From assembly GCA_001643675.2 (NCBI GenBank), contig LSRY02000021.1:310001-374000 (forward strand): DNA of 64,000 nt. The letters are read 5' to 3'. The stretch is from Monocercomonoides exilis PA203 (lineage: Eukaryota; Protista; Preaxostyla). The translations under genes were made by a program, and so were the position numbers. Below the pieces are notes generated by a model, which worked only from the letters and a program-made list of their open reading frames with translations, was not told where the DNA came from and did no database searches. This document shows, one piece after another, positions 1-12,307 of the stretch. Positions within the stretch are counted from its first letter, which is position 1; each line of letters begins with the position of its first letter.

Positions 1-3000
1 TTCAGCGATATCGCCTGGCACGCCCTCAGTTAAAGAGAGTTCACCAAAATGAGTAGAAGGCAATTCTTTATACGAAGACACTCTATTCATGCTGTTCGAA
101 GTAGAAGCAGAACTGGTGCGCTGAAAGTCAGGTGAATCTGCGTGGAAAACAGAAGCCTCACTCTCATTTTCCAGATCATTCTCATCGCCATCATCAAATC
201 TGTAAGAGTCAGTCGCTTTCATCGAGTCCCTTTCATTCGCCCCGCTGCTGCTGTCTGTCAGTGAATCTGTCTCAGCTGCTCCGTTGCTCCCTTCGTTTGC
301 ATCAGTCCCCGAAATGAATGAGGGAGACTGCGGATAGAAGTTCGGCGAGTCCATCATGTCCAGCTGCAGTGAGTCTTGGTCATAGAGCGATGCATCATCA
401 GATGAGAAGTCGCTGTCACTCTCATTCTCACCACGCTTCTGAAACTGTCCATTAGAAGACAGGAAAGTCGAAGGCATATCTGCTTTCGAAGCAGCCTTGA
501 TGAATCCTGCATGGTTTGTTGAGTGACGACGCTGCTCTTTCCTGGCACGTGCAACAGAAAGAGGGAAAGACCTGTGCCGGTTGGATAGAGTAGCAGCCAA
601 GCCAATTGAGAGATCGAATCTTTTTTGTGGATGCAGATGTGCTCCTATTCGATTTCTGGCTGTGTGGCGTTTCATGTCTTCTTGTCTGTATGCTTGTGAG
701 TTAATTGCAGATGAATCTGTTCCGCGTGTTCGTGATTTGCCTGCAGACAGAGATGCACTGGACGAAGAATGGGGCATTCTATCATATGACTGAGCCATTC
801 CAAGCGTTTTAGGGTTCGCATATGATGTGTTCGATTCAATAGAACCATTTCTGAGTACACGATGAGACCTCGTTGTGAGCGATGAAGCAGAAGTTGGGCG
901 TGTGTCAGAGACAGACAAGTTGATCATCGACGATTTTTCAGATGACAGCGCATTTTCTTGAGAGACATCTGACTCAGCAAAGGCAGACTTTTCAGAGACG
1001 CCTGGTGCTTCATATACTGCAGATGGTTGGCGATGTGGCTGAGAAGGCATCAGTTCAGAAAGAGAAGATGAGCCTGTGCGGCGTGATGAGAAAGAAGAGA
1101 CAGAGCGAGGTGAGGACGGAGAGTAGTATTCGTATGAGCCCATGGAAGACGAGCTGTGTGGGGAAGACGGGGGTGACTGGTGCTGAGAGGAGGAGCTGCG
1201 TCTGCGCGGCTTCGAGGCGAGTGAATGAGAGCGTGAATGGCGCGAGCCTGAGTCGTGTAGCGAGCTGCCTTCAGATTGGGATGTGTGTGATGTTGGGATG
1301 AAGTCGACAGAGGCAGTGCTGTGGACGTCGTAGTTCTGTCTGAATGATTCGTAGTCGGAGGTGATAAACGAGGAGACAGAGGAAGGGCCTGACCGCAGAT
1401 TGGAGGAGCGGACATCTGGGCGATGCCGCGAATAGGAAGAGGCATCAGAATCATCTCCGTATGAGTAGAACATCGAGTCAGGTGTGACAGAGGCTGGTGG
1501 AGAGACAGAGCCAGACTGGAGGAAAGAGCCCTGTGAGGAGGACATCAACGAGCCAGAGGAGCTTATTGCTGCAGAGGCTGTGTTTGTCAGCGCGGTCTGT
1601 TTGACCGCTGGTGGCTGCATCGACTGCGACCTCCCTTCCAACATGCCATTTCTGTCTCTGCTTTTCGAATGGGCATTCGCTTCTTGCCCACTCCAGCGCT
1701 TGGCATCAGCATCTGCCCGTGACTCTGATATCGTCCTTCGATACCCCATCACTGGGTCGCTGCTCCTTCTCTTGTCTCTTCCTCTCTTGTCTGAATGCCG
1801 CTGGGATTTGTGAGTCATCCCAGAAGAGTGTCCAGATACTCCTGAGGCATCTGCTGCATGCACTGCTTTTGCCACAGCATCGGCAATGGCACCTCCGTCT
1901 TCTTCTCTTTCGATGTCTGCTATTTTGATCTGGTGTGAGTAGCCACTCGGTGGGAACAAGGACGGAACATTCGCTGGGAGCGAGGCAGACGGCTTCGTCT
2001 TCTTCTTCCGCTTGTTTGTGGCATCTAACTTCGATTTGTCGTCGTTTGCATTTTCCTGCTTCTTTTCCTTCTGCACATTTTCCTCTGCTTTGCTCTTCCC
2101 GCTAACAGTAGATGAAGATAATGAAGTGAAAGGAAGAGAAGAAGAAGAAGAGAAAGGAACAGAGTCAGAAGCAGAAGAAATAGAAGATGAAGAAGAAGAA
2201 GAAGCAAGCGTCTCTCTCTTCATCCTCTCCTTCTCAGCACCAAGCGACACTTGTCTGCTTCTTCTGTATCCTCTCCTTCTTCCACTTCTGCTTCCGCCTT
2301 CTGATGTCAGGTCTCTGTCATCCAGCACAGACACATCATCTGAACTCTCTGTCTCATCATCATCCTCTTCCTCTTCATCCTCATCTTCATCATATTCACC
2401 TCCTCTTCCCCTTCCTCCTCCTCCTTCCTTCTCATCTCCACTCCCTTCTATCTCGTATTCTCTGTTGTGATGTCCTCTGTGCCCTCTCTCGTTCCTGCTG
2501 CGGCTGTGGAGCGAGTGGTGAGTGTCCAGTGAGTATGTGGGCGATGTGGATGTCAGATAAGAGCTGGCTGGGCTGAGGGTCTTGTCGCTGCTCGCAAAGG
2601 AAAGAGCAGGAGAGGAAGAGCCAGAGGCGATGAAGGAGACAGGATGGGTGGAAGGAGAGAAGGAAGTGAGGAGATCAATTGCTGTGGAGCCTGAAGACAG
2701 ATATGCAGATGCTGCAGAAGGTTGGGCAATGACTGAGTTGGAGGAAGAGAAGGAGGCATAGTCAGATTCAGAGGAAGAAGAGGAGGAAGCAGATGAAGAA
2801 GAAGATGTGGATGTGGATAAGGAGGAGGAAGAGGAGGAGGAGGAAGAAAGAGCATAACTTGCACTGGTAGAAGCGGCAGACAAACCAGACGATGATGTTG
2901 ATGAAGATGATGAAGCAGTCACTGAAGAATAAGCATTCGAATGAGCTTCTGACAAGCCACTTTGCTGTGAATGAACTTTTGAAGCTGCTTTCGACAGATC

Positions 3001-3724
3001 TGTGCTTATTTCCTGTGCGAATGGTTCACTTTGGGCTGATGAAAACAAACCAATTCTGTGCTCTTTTCTCTTCGCGGTGCCACTTTCTGCCTCTTTCTGC
3101 TTCGACCCATCGCTTTCCTTCCCTTCAACTACCTTCGCATTCAAATTGCTATCGTTATTATTATTACTACTATTACTATTATTATTAGCATTATTATCAT
3201 TAGCATTATCGTTTTTCCCTCTTCCCTTCTCCCCCTCATTCGCACTTCCATTCCCATTCCCACTCACTGTCTTCCATTCATCTGCAGCATCAGCTGTGCT
3301 CCTTGTCTTCTCGTCGAGCGAAAAGGAAGGCGAACGAGCACCCCGTGATGTGTGGCGGAAGAGCGGCGTGTCAGGAAAAGAAGGAGAATTCGCAGAAGTC
3401 GAGGCAAAAGAAGGCATTGTGGGTGACAAGGCAGACAAGACACTGATGGGAACAGGGTTGTTTTGCCTGTCAATTGATGGAATGTGGAGAGAAGGGGAAG
3501 AAGAAGAGGAGGAGGAGGAGGATGATGATGAAGGAGAGGAAGAAGAAGAGGAAGAAGAAAGAGAAGAGGACAAAGAAGAGAAAGGCGGAGAAGAAGAAGA
3601 AGAAGAAGAAGTGAGTGTGCTGAAGTGTGTGGAGATGTAAGACTTTGGAGGCATTTTATTGGCGTTCTGTCTGTTGAGGTTGGAAGAGAGAGGAGGGGAA
3701 GAGTTGCCAAATGGAGGAGAAATG

Positions 3725-3756
<32 letters not shown>

Positions 3757-6700
3757 AGAGGAAGAAGAAGAAGAAGGCGACGAAATGGAAGTAACAGCAG
3801 AAACAGACGATGTGTTTGGAGAAGAGATGAGGAAGTTTGTGGGTGCTTCTGATGAGGTGTGGCGAGGGAAGAAGGGAGAAAGTGATGATGACAGAATGTT
3901 CGATGAGGGAGAAGAAGAAACAGAAGAAGAAGAAGAAGAAGAGGAAGAGGAAGATGAAGTTAAGTCTAATTTTGGTGATTCGAAAGATTGCATGGTTTTT
4001 GAGTGTGAAGCTAAGCTTGGAGAGAAAGTGTTTGTTTGAGAAGAGACAGGAGGAGAAAGAGAAGAAGATGGAGAAGAAGAGGAAGAAGAAGAAGCAGGAG
4101 AAGAGTTGTGAGTGATTGGAAGAGAATTTATGGTGATTGGGATGATCTGAAGTGGAGGTGTCATCTGAATGGCTTCTTGAGAGGAGGAGAGAGAAGAAGG
4201 ATTCTGCGAAGAAGAAGGAGGAGACGAGGAACTAAAAGAAGAAGCAGAAGAAGAAGAAGATGCAGTAGTTGTAGTAGCAGTCGTCGTTGCCGGCAAAGAA
4301 GCAATAGAAGGTGAGAACAAGATCTGTGTCCCGTCGCTGCTGAATGCAGATGGCTGGTTCATCAGCATCAGTGGCTGAGCAATCTGAGGTGATTCTCCTG
4401 TTCCGTTCAGCACACCCCCATCTGCTGGGTGTGCCACATACAGAAGAGGCATCTGGGGCTGGAAGTTGTACGCGGGCTGAGAAGGGAGGAAGATGGAGGA
4501 GGCATACGAGGCAGTGTCAGAATACTCGAATGAGGCTGCGGATTGCGAAGGGGCAACGGATGCAGGCACGATGGAGGAATATGAGGACATCGACACAGCA
4601 GAAGGAGAGGTAGAACGAGGAAGGACGGAAATTGGCTTGTAGATCTGGGTGAATTTGCTCTCGGGAAACGGGGTGGGGGCAAAGGAGGCGACAGAAAGTG
4701 TGTCAAAAGGCTGTTTTGGCTGGAGGATATTGCCATTCAGCTGGGCAGAGACTGATGGGTCAGTCAGAATCATCTGCTGCCGATGGGGCTGTGGAAGATG
4801 AACCTGTTGTTGTTGCTGCTGTTGTTGTGTTTTGAGGAACTGCTGATAGTTCTGTTGATAATTCTGTTGTTGTTGTTGCTGCTGCTGCTGCTGGTATATA
4901 ATATTCGGATTTCCCATCTGATTCATCTGATTCATCTGTCTCTGCTGGAACTGCTGCCAGTGCTGCATTTGTGATGCTGAAGAAGGCACACCCTCAGCAG
5001 AATAGCTGTTGAGTGAGTACACATCACTCATCGGCTCATTCAGCTGTGGCATAAACGAATAGGCTGATGAAGAGATAGAGAAGGTGTCAGAGGAAGAAGA
5101 AGATGAGGAAGAAGAAGAGGAAGAAGAAGAAGAGCGAATAGATGCTGGATAGAAAGAAGATGCCTGGGTGGGGACGAAGCTGGGGACAGAAGAGGCGAAG
5201 GAGACAGACGACGCCCGGGAAATGGCAGAGACAGCAGACATGGAAGAAATAGCAGAGGCGCGCGAGGGAGAGGAAGGGCGGTAGGCAACTGTTTGTGTGG
5301 AGAACTGGGAGACGACAGAAGTTGGGGTGGATGCACGTTTTGTTGGGTATGTGGGCTGCTGGGTGGCTTTGTCAGACAAGAACTGGGGGTCGTATGTGGA
5401 GTCTCCTGGTTCATTGGCAGAAGAAGAAGAGGAAGTGGGAGAAGATGAGGAAGATGAGGAAGAAGAAGAAGAGAATGAAGAGGAATAAGGTGGAGAAGCA
5501 ACTGGAGGAGAGAGTGAGGAGAAGCACTGTTTGCTGCCGGACAAACCAGGTGGAGGAGAAATAGGAATAGCTCCTGTTTCTGTGTGTTCTGTGTGTTCTG
5601 AGTGTTCTGAGTGTTCATTGCCTCCAGCTGCATTCTGTGCAGACGAATGGGCAGATGAGTGAGAAGACTGGAGAGAAGGAGAAATTGGCGGAGAGCCAAT
5701 TTGGATGGCGGTGGCTGTTGAGGCAGCAGTGGCAGAAGAGGCCCATGATTGGGCAGAAGGAGAGGAAGGGCGAGGCATCTGATGCTTCTGCTGTTGCTGC
5801 TTCAGATGGGTGAAACGAGCACTGTTCTGAGGAAAGATGCCGACACGGAGATGAGGGGGGAAAGGGTCAGAGGAAGAAGGAGATGTGGAAGAAGAAGAAG
5901 AAGAAGAAGAAGATACATTAGGATTTGAATTAGAAGAAGAGGAAGAATCCTGTTTTTCATTGCCTGTTTTATCGTTTTGTGTCTGAGATGCAGCAGAAGC
6001 AGAAGAAGCCGCAACAGCTGCAGCAGAAAGCGAGGCAGAGGTCTGCTGGTTGCGGAGGAAGTTGAGTCTTCTCTGTGCTTCTGAAGAGGAAGAGCCCTTG
6101 ATTGGATCAAAAGAAGAGACAGCGTATGGCCGTTGCGATGGAACAGGCTGAGGGACGTGGTGTCTTGTGGGTTGGAAAGAAGGCACGAATGACTGGGCGC
6201 TTGTGTTGAACATGATATTTCTGTATTTTGAGTGGGGGGAGGGCATTTTGAGGGCATCGGGTGGGTATTGGAGGAAAGGGGGGTGCGGGTTGAAGGGCTG
6301 GGCTGTGAGAGGAGGGAAGGAGGCAGAAGAAGAAGGATGAGAGGAGAGGTCAGAGGGGAGAGAATACGCTTGTTCGACTGCTTGTTGCGATGCTGGCCAT
6401 TTGAGTGGGTCAAACTGTGCTCCGTTTGGAGTGATGATGCTGCCTGGGGAGAGGGCAAAGGAGAATGAGGGAGAAGGGACAGAGGCATTGCGAGAAGAGG
6501 CAGAAGAAAGAGAAGAAATAGAAGAAATAGAAGCAGCCGGAGAAATCGCATTGACTGCCTGTGTGATCTGCACTGGCATCATCTTCATCTCCCCGTCAAT
6601 CAGAACAGGCAAAAAACCCGACTGTTCCATTGTCTGTGGTGGAGACTGCATCGAAAAGGGAGCATAAACAGCAGCCTCTTTGAAGCCTGCAGAAAGCGAC

Positions 6701-8204
6701 GCTCCAATTGCCGGCGGAGACCTGCCTGGAGAAATGGCAGCAGCACCTTTGCGAGCCCTTCTCTGACTCGCCTTCTCCTTCTTTGTGTGTTCTACTCCTG
6801 TCGAGCGGGCAATCATGTCTGAAATTGAAGCTGTTGCTGCTGCTGCTGAGGCAGAGGCAGGGGATTGAACTGCGTCTGCTCCTTCGTTTTCTCCTTCTCT
6901 TTCGAAGATGCTGCTCCCGCTGCTTCCACTTTGGCTGCTTTGGCTGCTTTCTGCCTTCTCCACGAGTGACTTCGGCAGCCCCAGCGATATCAGCGACGCT
7001 GCTGTGGGAGGTGCTGTGGGCCTGCGGTGCTCTTGGAATGACACCAAAACTCCTCCCACGTCGAGCATCCCGAGCTCAAGCACAGACACAACAGACTGGC
7101 GGAATAGGGTTGATGGAATGGAAAAGGTAGGATTTTTTATTTTTTATTTATTATTTTTTTATTATTTGAAAAAGTTTTATTTTTGCATTTATTTTTAAAA
7201 AAGAATTAGAAAGAGAAAGAGTAGATGCAATCAAATACATATAAAGAATTATAAAATAAGATAAAGCAGAAGTAGCTCAAATATAATGGCACACGTCTTC
7301 TCCTTGTTTTGTTGGCTGAAAGTGGACAAAGCCAAAGCCTCTGTACGATCCTCCTTCTTGTTTTGGCAGCTCCACACGCACAACAGATCCGTATTTCCCC
7401 ATTTCGTCCTGAACTGATTTTTCATTAAATGTCGATCGCTTTTTGTTTCCTTCCTTCGGCTTGAATCGAAGCATCACTGATGAACGAATAGAAAGCGAAT
7501 CAGCCCAATTCAGGCGAAGTTTATAACCTTCGCTCAAAAATGGAGAGTTGTCGCTCAATCTTCTCTTTGCCTCCATTGCAGATGATCTTTTGCTATACTG
7601 ACAGAATGCAACAGGTGTTCCTGTCATATAGTTCTCCTTTGCCAGCTCAAGATTCACGATTTCTCCAAAAGGACTTAATTCAAATTTGAAAAAATAAAAT
7701 TCACGAAAAATTAAACAAATGAATCAAGCAAAAAGCAAAATTATCATGAGCAAACAGTAGTATTTCTCTAAGTTGTTCGATTGTTGTTCCAGGAGGAAAA
7801 TCAGATAGTCTAAGATTTGAATTACGAGCAGCAGAATTAACTTTTAATGGTCTTTCTCGTATCCACTGATTCAAAGAAATTGAGTCATTAAAAAATTTTT
7901 TCGGATAATAAAACATACAAATCCTCCTGGATGCGAAAGCACTTTTGCAACAGTGGATTCATCTTCAAAATATACAAAACCGTAGCCAAGGCTATGATTT
8001 GAAACTCTATCTTTTTTTATTATAACTTGTTTTATTGGACCGAATGACTTAAAAATGTTTTGTAATTGTTCTTCAGTTACCAAAGGATCAATATCTCCAA
8101 CAAAAATTCCCTCTAATTTACATTATTGAATGGTTTATTGGTTTTAATAATATAAAATAAAATTTCAAACTTCCTTCATCATCGGCTGAAATTTTCATAA
8201 ACAT
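1..8204 (-). CDS. Triple-RRM RNA-binding protein with very long Ser/Glu/Pro-rich disordered C-terminal region (3'-partial, runs off window)
   Basis: Hand-spliced exons 8204-8171, 8112-7919, 7865-7756, 7673-7295 and 7095-<1, all GT-AG with consistent phases. RNP2 'IFVGDI', RNP1 'LGYGFVYF' and 'RGFGFVHF' are present. I saw no stop in the parts of the last exon I translated, and the ORF track reports no stop-terminated ORF in that frame, so it appears open to position 1. Confidence 0.85.
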
Positions 8205-9117
8205 CAGAATTCTCAATTATAACAAAAAAAACAATTCAAAAATAAATGAAGGCAAAACTTGAAAGTTGTGATGGACGCGTCATCACCTTGAAATTTAACT
8301 TTAAACAATTACTACTCGCTAAATTGCGCAAATAGCAATTAGATGTATCTATAAAGGGTTTCTAAAAGATTTTGTTTTTTCTTTAAGTCATTTTTATCAA
8401 AATATTCAAAAACCATTTATAAAAAACAGGAGTAATTGTTCCCAAAAAATCTTTTTATTCATCTCCCAATCAATATTTTATTTTGGTTAATATTTCTGAT
8501 CAAAGTTGTTGTTTTTATGAATGTTGAGCTTATATTCTTTGTAATTCGAATCAATTAAATCTGAATGACATTTTGTTGTTGACATCCAATTTTTTAATGA
8601 AAATAGTTGATCACAAGAATAAAAGAAAGGTTAGAATGAAGAACTCATTTATTCCAAAATAAAAAATCTAGAAAATAGATAAATTTTTGTTGGAAAAAAC
8701 TAACAGGAAGTGACTGATATCAACAAATTAATTATGTTATTTTCCTTCGAAGATTCAAGTTTTAAAAGCGTTTCTTTATAATTATTAATTTCTTGAAAAA
8801 CTGGAACTCTCAAAATAAAAAATAGTAAAAACTTTTCACTCGGCAATTCATGTTAAATTGCGTTTGCATTTCAAAAAATGCAAAAATAAAAAAATAAAAT
8901 AAATTTTGGTTCACATTTTCGCCAAAAATAAATTTGAAACGAAAAAGGTACAAATGAAATGATAAGAGGCTTTTTTTTGAAAAATAATAAATCTTAAAGA
9001 AAAATAGAACAATCAAAAATTTCAATTTTGCTTTCTAACAAAAAATCAAAGCAAAATTTATATTTTATTGAATTTTCAATAAAATTTAGAATCAACAAAA
9101 ATTAAGAATATCACAAC

Positions 9118-10395
9118 TCAGTTCAATGAACGTAAAAATTTCAGATATTCATCAAAGTTGTCGTTGTTAAGAGTGTATTGACAAACTGCATCAAGCAAAA
9201 TACTTGTAACAGGCCAAAGGTTATGTTCATTCAGCGAGCCACAACGTTCTTCGTAAGAATCCAAAGCTCTGCGGTACAGTTCCAAATCAGGAACCAATTG
9301 CTCAGGGTGGAAGTTTGGATCTGGATATATTACGCCAAAGTATCGAGACAGGGCTTTATATCTTTTTTCCTCTTGCTTGGCTTGTGTCAGTTCCTTGTGG
9401 TAAGCAATAGCAGCATCTCCAAAAGGATTTGCCTTTGCGCGCATTTCCAGTGTTTTCATGTGCACTTCTTGTTGTTTCAAATGTTTCCAATTTCCACTTT
9501 CTCCAATGGTAGGGAAATGAATGCCTTTCTCTTCCAATCCAGCTTCTGGTGAAAGAGGTAGCTCACCAGCTAAAAATGCAGATGTTTTCAACTTCTTTAG
9601 TAATTGTGAGCCATATTCTTTTGGATGACTTTTCTTTGTGGAATCGCGAGAATGAGAAAATAGATCATCAATTGAAATTGTTTTTAAATCGTTGTTTTCT
9701 ATAAAGTTATGGAAATTTTGAGAGTACTCATTAGAAAGGCAAGTGTACTGATATTTTTCCATCGAGCAAAATGCAGCATAACTTGATTCTGTTTGGTTAG
9801 AAGCTGTGGTCGCATAAGCATTTATGTTTAATGGTAAAAGATGCAAAAACAATGATCCTGAATAGCATGCTTCCACATTTACGTATAAATTTTTATACAT
9901 ATTTCTCAAGTACATAGATTTAATGGCTTCGTTTAAATCTTGAGAATACAACTTTTTCTTTTCAGGAAAAATAAGAACACCATATGCTCCGTGATCGTTC
10001 AAATACAAATAGACATTATCGTCTTTTGTAGAGTTCAAAACTTTTCCATTTGCTTTTGCAGAGTCACCTGTAATTACAGCCAAATATTTTTCTGGGGTAA
10101 CATCAGCTCCACGGTAATCAATATTGTTTGATCCAATGTAAACGTCAGGTCCGTCGGGAAAGTTAAATATCTGTTCTGGAAACGGATTTGCATCCATATG
10201 TGCAACGTCATCATATGCCATTGTGATGATATGATTGGGATCAAATCCATTTCTTATTAAAATTTTATAGGTTCGAAACACATCTGATTGATGACGATAA
10301 TTTGTCCAGCCATTGGAACTTGCCAACAAAACAGCCCAATTCCCGCAGTATGAAAGTTTCAGTAAGAATGTGAATGCAAAACAAAAGATGAACAT
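9118..10395 (-). CDS. Legumain / asparaginyl endopeptidase (peptidase C13), secreted or lysosomal, intronless
   Basis: Motifs NWAVLLASSNGWTNYRHQSD, YDD, catalytic dyad DHG...EACYSG and SSYA. Signal peptide from the ATG at 10395 (MFIFCFAFTFLL), plus a C-terminal prodomain. No C-terminal TM segment, so it is not GPI8. Confidence 0.93.
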   Translation of the reverse strand: MFIFCFAFTFLLKLSYCGNWAVLLASSNGWTNYRHQSDVFRTYKILIRNGFDPNHIITMAYDDVAHMDANPFPEQIFNFPDGPDVYIGSNNIDYRGADVTPEKYLAVITGDSAKANGKVLNSTKDDNVYLYLNDHGAYGVLIFPEKKKLYSQDLNEAIKSMYLRNMYKNLYVNVEACYSGSLFLHLLPLNINAYATTASNQTESSYAAFCSMEKYQYTCLSNEYSQNFHNFIENNDLKTISIDDLFSHSRDSTKKSHPKEYGSQLLKKLKTSAFLAGELPLSPEAGLEEKGIHFPTIGESGNWKHLKQQEVHMKTLEMRAKANPFGDAAIAYHKELTQAKQEEKRYKALSRYFGVIYPDPNFHPEQLVPDLELYRRALDSYEERCGSLNEHNLWPVTSILLDAVCQYTLNNDNFDEYLKFLRSLN

Positions 10396-11206
10396 TTTAC
10401 CAAGCAACTTTGATCTTTTTCCATTATATAAAAGAATGTCAATTTCGAAAATAATTGATTCATCAAATAACGTTATTTCATGTAATTTCATATTTGTGCA
10501 TTCTATTACACAAATTCAACGAAGCTTTATTTGAAAATTACGTTCAGAAAAACGAAGATTTTGTAAAGAATAAACATAGAAAACATATTTCACAATTTAT
10601 TTCAATACAATTCTCTTTGTTTTTGTTTTTTCAAGATTTTTTTTTAATTAATTTTATTTTAAATATTTTTTCGATTATTTATTTTTTTATTTTTTTATTT
10701 TAGAAATGAGTGCGGTTGAAAGAATGAATGAATATTACAGAAATAATCTTTAATATTTATTTTTGTCAAGTTCCTCTTCAATAAAAAAGAAACAATTAAA
10801 AAATATCATTTACAAATTATGCAAAAGACACCGGACAAGATCAATATCACAATAACCACAAGAGGACTAATTCTGATAATTTTCCTTAACAATATATCTC
10901 ATCAATGCAAACTCATTTGTGTGATTATTTATGAAATAACATTTTCACTTTAAAAAATTCCATTCCGAAATTTTTATTTGAGCATTTGTGAGTGAACAAC
11001 GAATTATTTTTTTATTATTATTGATTGCTTTTTCCATTTTCAACTCTTACACTTTCTTTTTATAAAAAAAGAGTGATGTGTTTATCATAAAAATAAAAAT
11101 TTTAAAAGAATGATGTAAAACCTTTCGATTGAAGACACTACTAAAAAAAAAAACAATTTCCAAAAGAATCTCCCATCTTTTGATTATATAATCATCGTTT
11201 GTGATA

Positions 11207-11434
11207 TTTTTTTCGAAAAGTCGCAAATGTTAAATTTTCAAATAATGTTTATCTTCATATTTTGCTCAAATTTCTGTAAACATTCAATTATCTTCACTTG
11301 AATGCATGAAATACAATTATTCAAAAAAGGATTCCATATTAGTAAAGTTTGGTGCATGTTAAAAGAAATTTGAGCAAAATATGAAGATTAACATTATATG
11401 AAAATTTAACATTTGAAACTTTTCAAAAAGAATA
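11207..11434. mobile_element. MITE-like / foldback element: about 80-bp imperfect terminal inverted repeats around a spacer of about 66 bp
   Basis: The left arm (11207-11286, ...caaatgttaaattttcaaataatgtttatcttcatattttgctcaaatttct...) matches the reverse complement of 11353-11434 (...agaaatttgagcaaaatatgaagattaacattatatgaaaatttaacatttg...) with few mismatches. Non-coding. No target-site duplication identified. Confidence 0.55.
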
Positions 11435-11577
11435 ACCAAATTATTATGTGAGTTACAAGAAAACGTAGGCAAATTATAAAATGATGAGATTGTATTCCAA
11501 AAAAAATCCATTTAATAAACGAAGACTTTTGAAAAAATATAATACTCTTTATTTATGAAATAATTTTTCTTCATTAT

Positions 11578-11624
11578 CAACAACAACAACAACAATAACA
11601 ACAACAATAACAATAAATAAATTA

Positions 11625-11655
<31 letters not shown>
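11578..11655 (+). repeat. (AAC/AAT)n microsatellite followed by A29 tract
   Basis: caacaacaacaac...aataac, then a poly-A run at 11627-11655. Confidence 0.85.
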
Positions 11656-11657
<2 letters not shown>

Positions 11658-12307
11658 TCTCAAAATCTGTAAAAATTTTTTCTCGCTATTCATTTTCAAC
11701 TTTATTTAATAGAAAAATAGTTTTTTAAAGCTGAGTTTAAAAAAAAATGTCAAATTTATTCAAATATCGCTTATTATAAAATGGATGATTATTTATAATG
11801 AAAGAGTGAAATAAAACAATAAAAAAAAAGAAATAGAAAAGCTTCAAAAAATAAATTGAAAATAAAAGCACAGACACTAATAATATAATAGGTTAATAAA
11901 ATTCTTATTGAAAATAAATTGTTTTTGAAAAAAGTGGCAGGTTTCATTCAATCGACTAAAAAAAAACAATGTAATCTGATAAAAAGAAAACATTATAACA
12001 TTCACTTAAAAACAGGTAACAAACTGAATATCAAATAAAAATACAACAGAAAAGATCGTTATAAAAATGCTGATAAAAATTATTTTTTATCTCTTGTAAA
12101 TATTAAACTTTCTGCAAATACCAAAACATAAAGACTTTTACAGAAAATTCAAATACATAAAAACTGTAACGAAAACTAAAACTAAAACCAAAATAATTTA
12201 AAAATTATGCATAATTAAAGCAATCAAGATTTCAAAGCTTCAAGCACATAAAACAAAAAACGAAAACGAAAACAAAATAAACTAATGAAAAAAGTTCAAT
12301 TCCATTC

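Noticed and set aside
132-7198. Many plus-strand and alternative-frame ORFs rich in E, L, R or S
   Set aside because: Shadow ORFs of the low-complexity minus-strand exon of the RRM gene.
10396-10491. ORF-track N-terminal extension of legumain
   Set aside because: The signal peptide begins at the ATG at 10395, and the upstream part is AT-rich and UTR-like.
12160-12280. AAAAC(G/T) short repeats as telomeric or CRISPR-like arrays
   Set aside because: Irregular low-complexity sequence in the NECAP 3' region, with no fixed unit or spacers.
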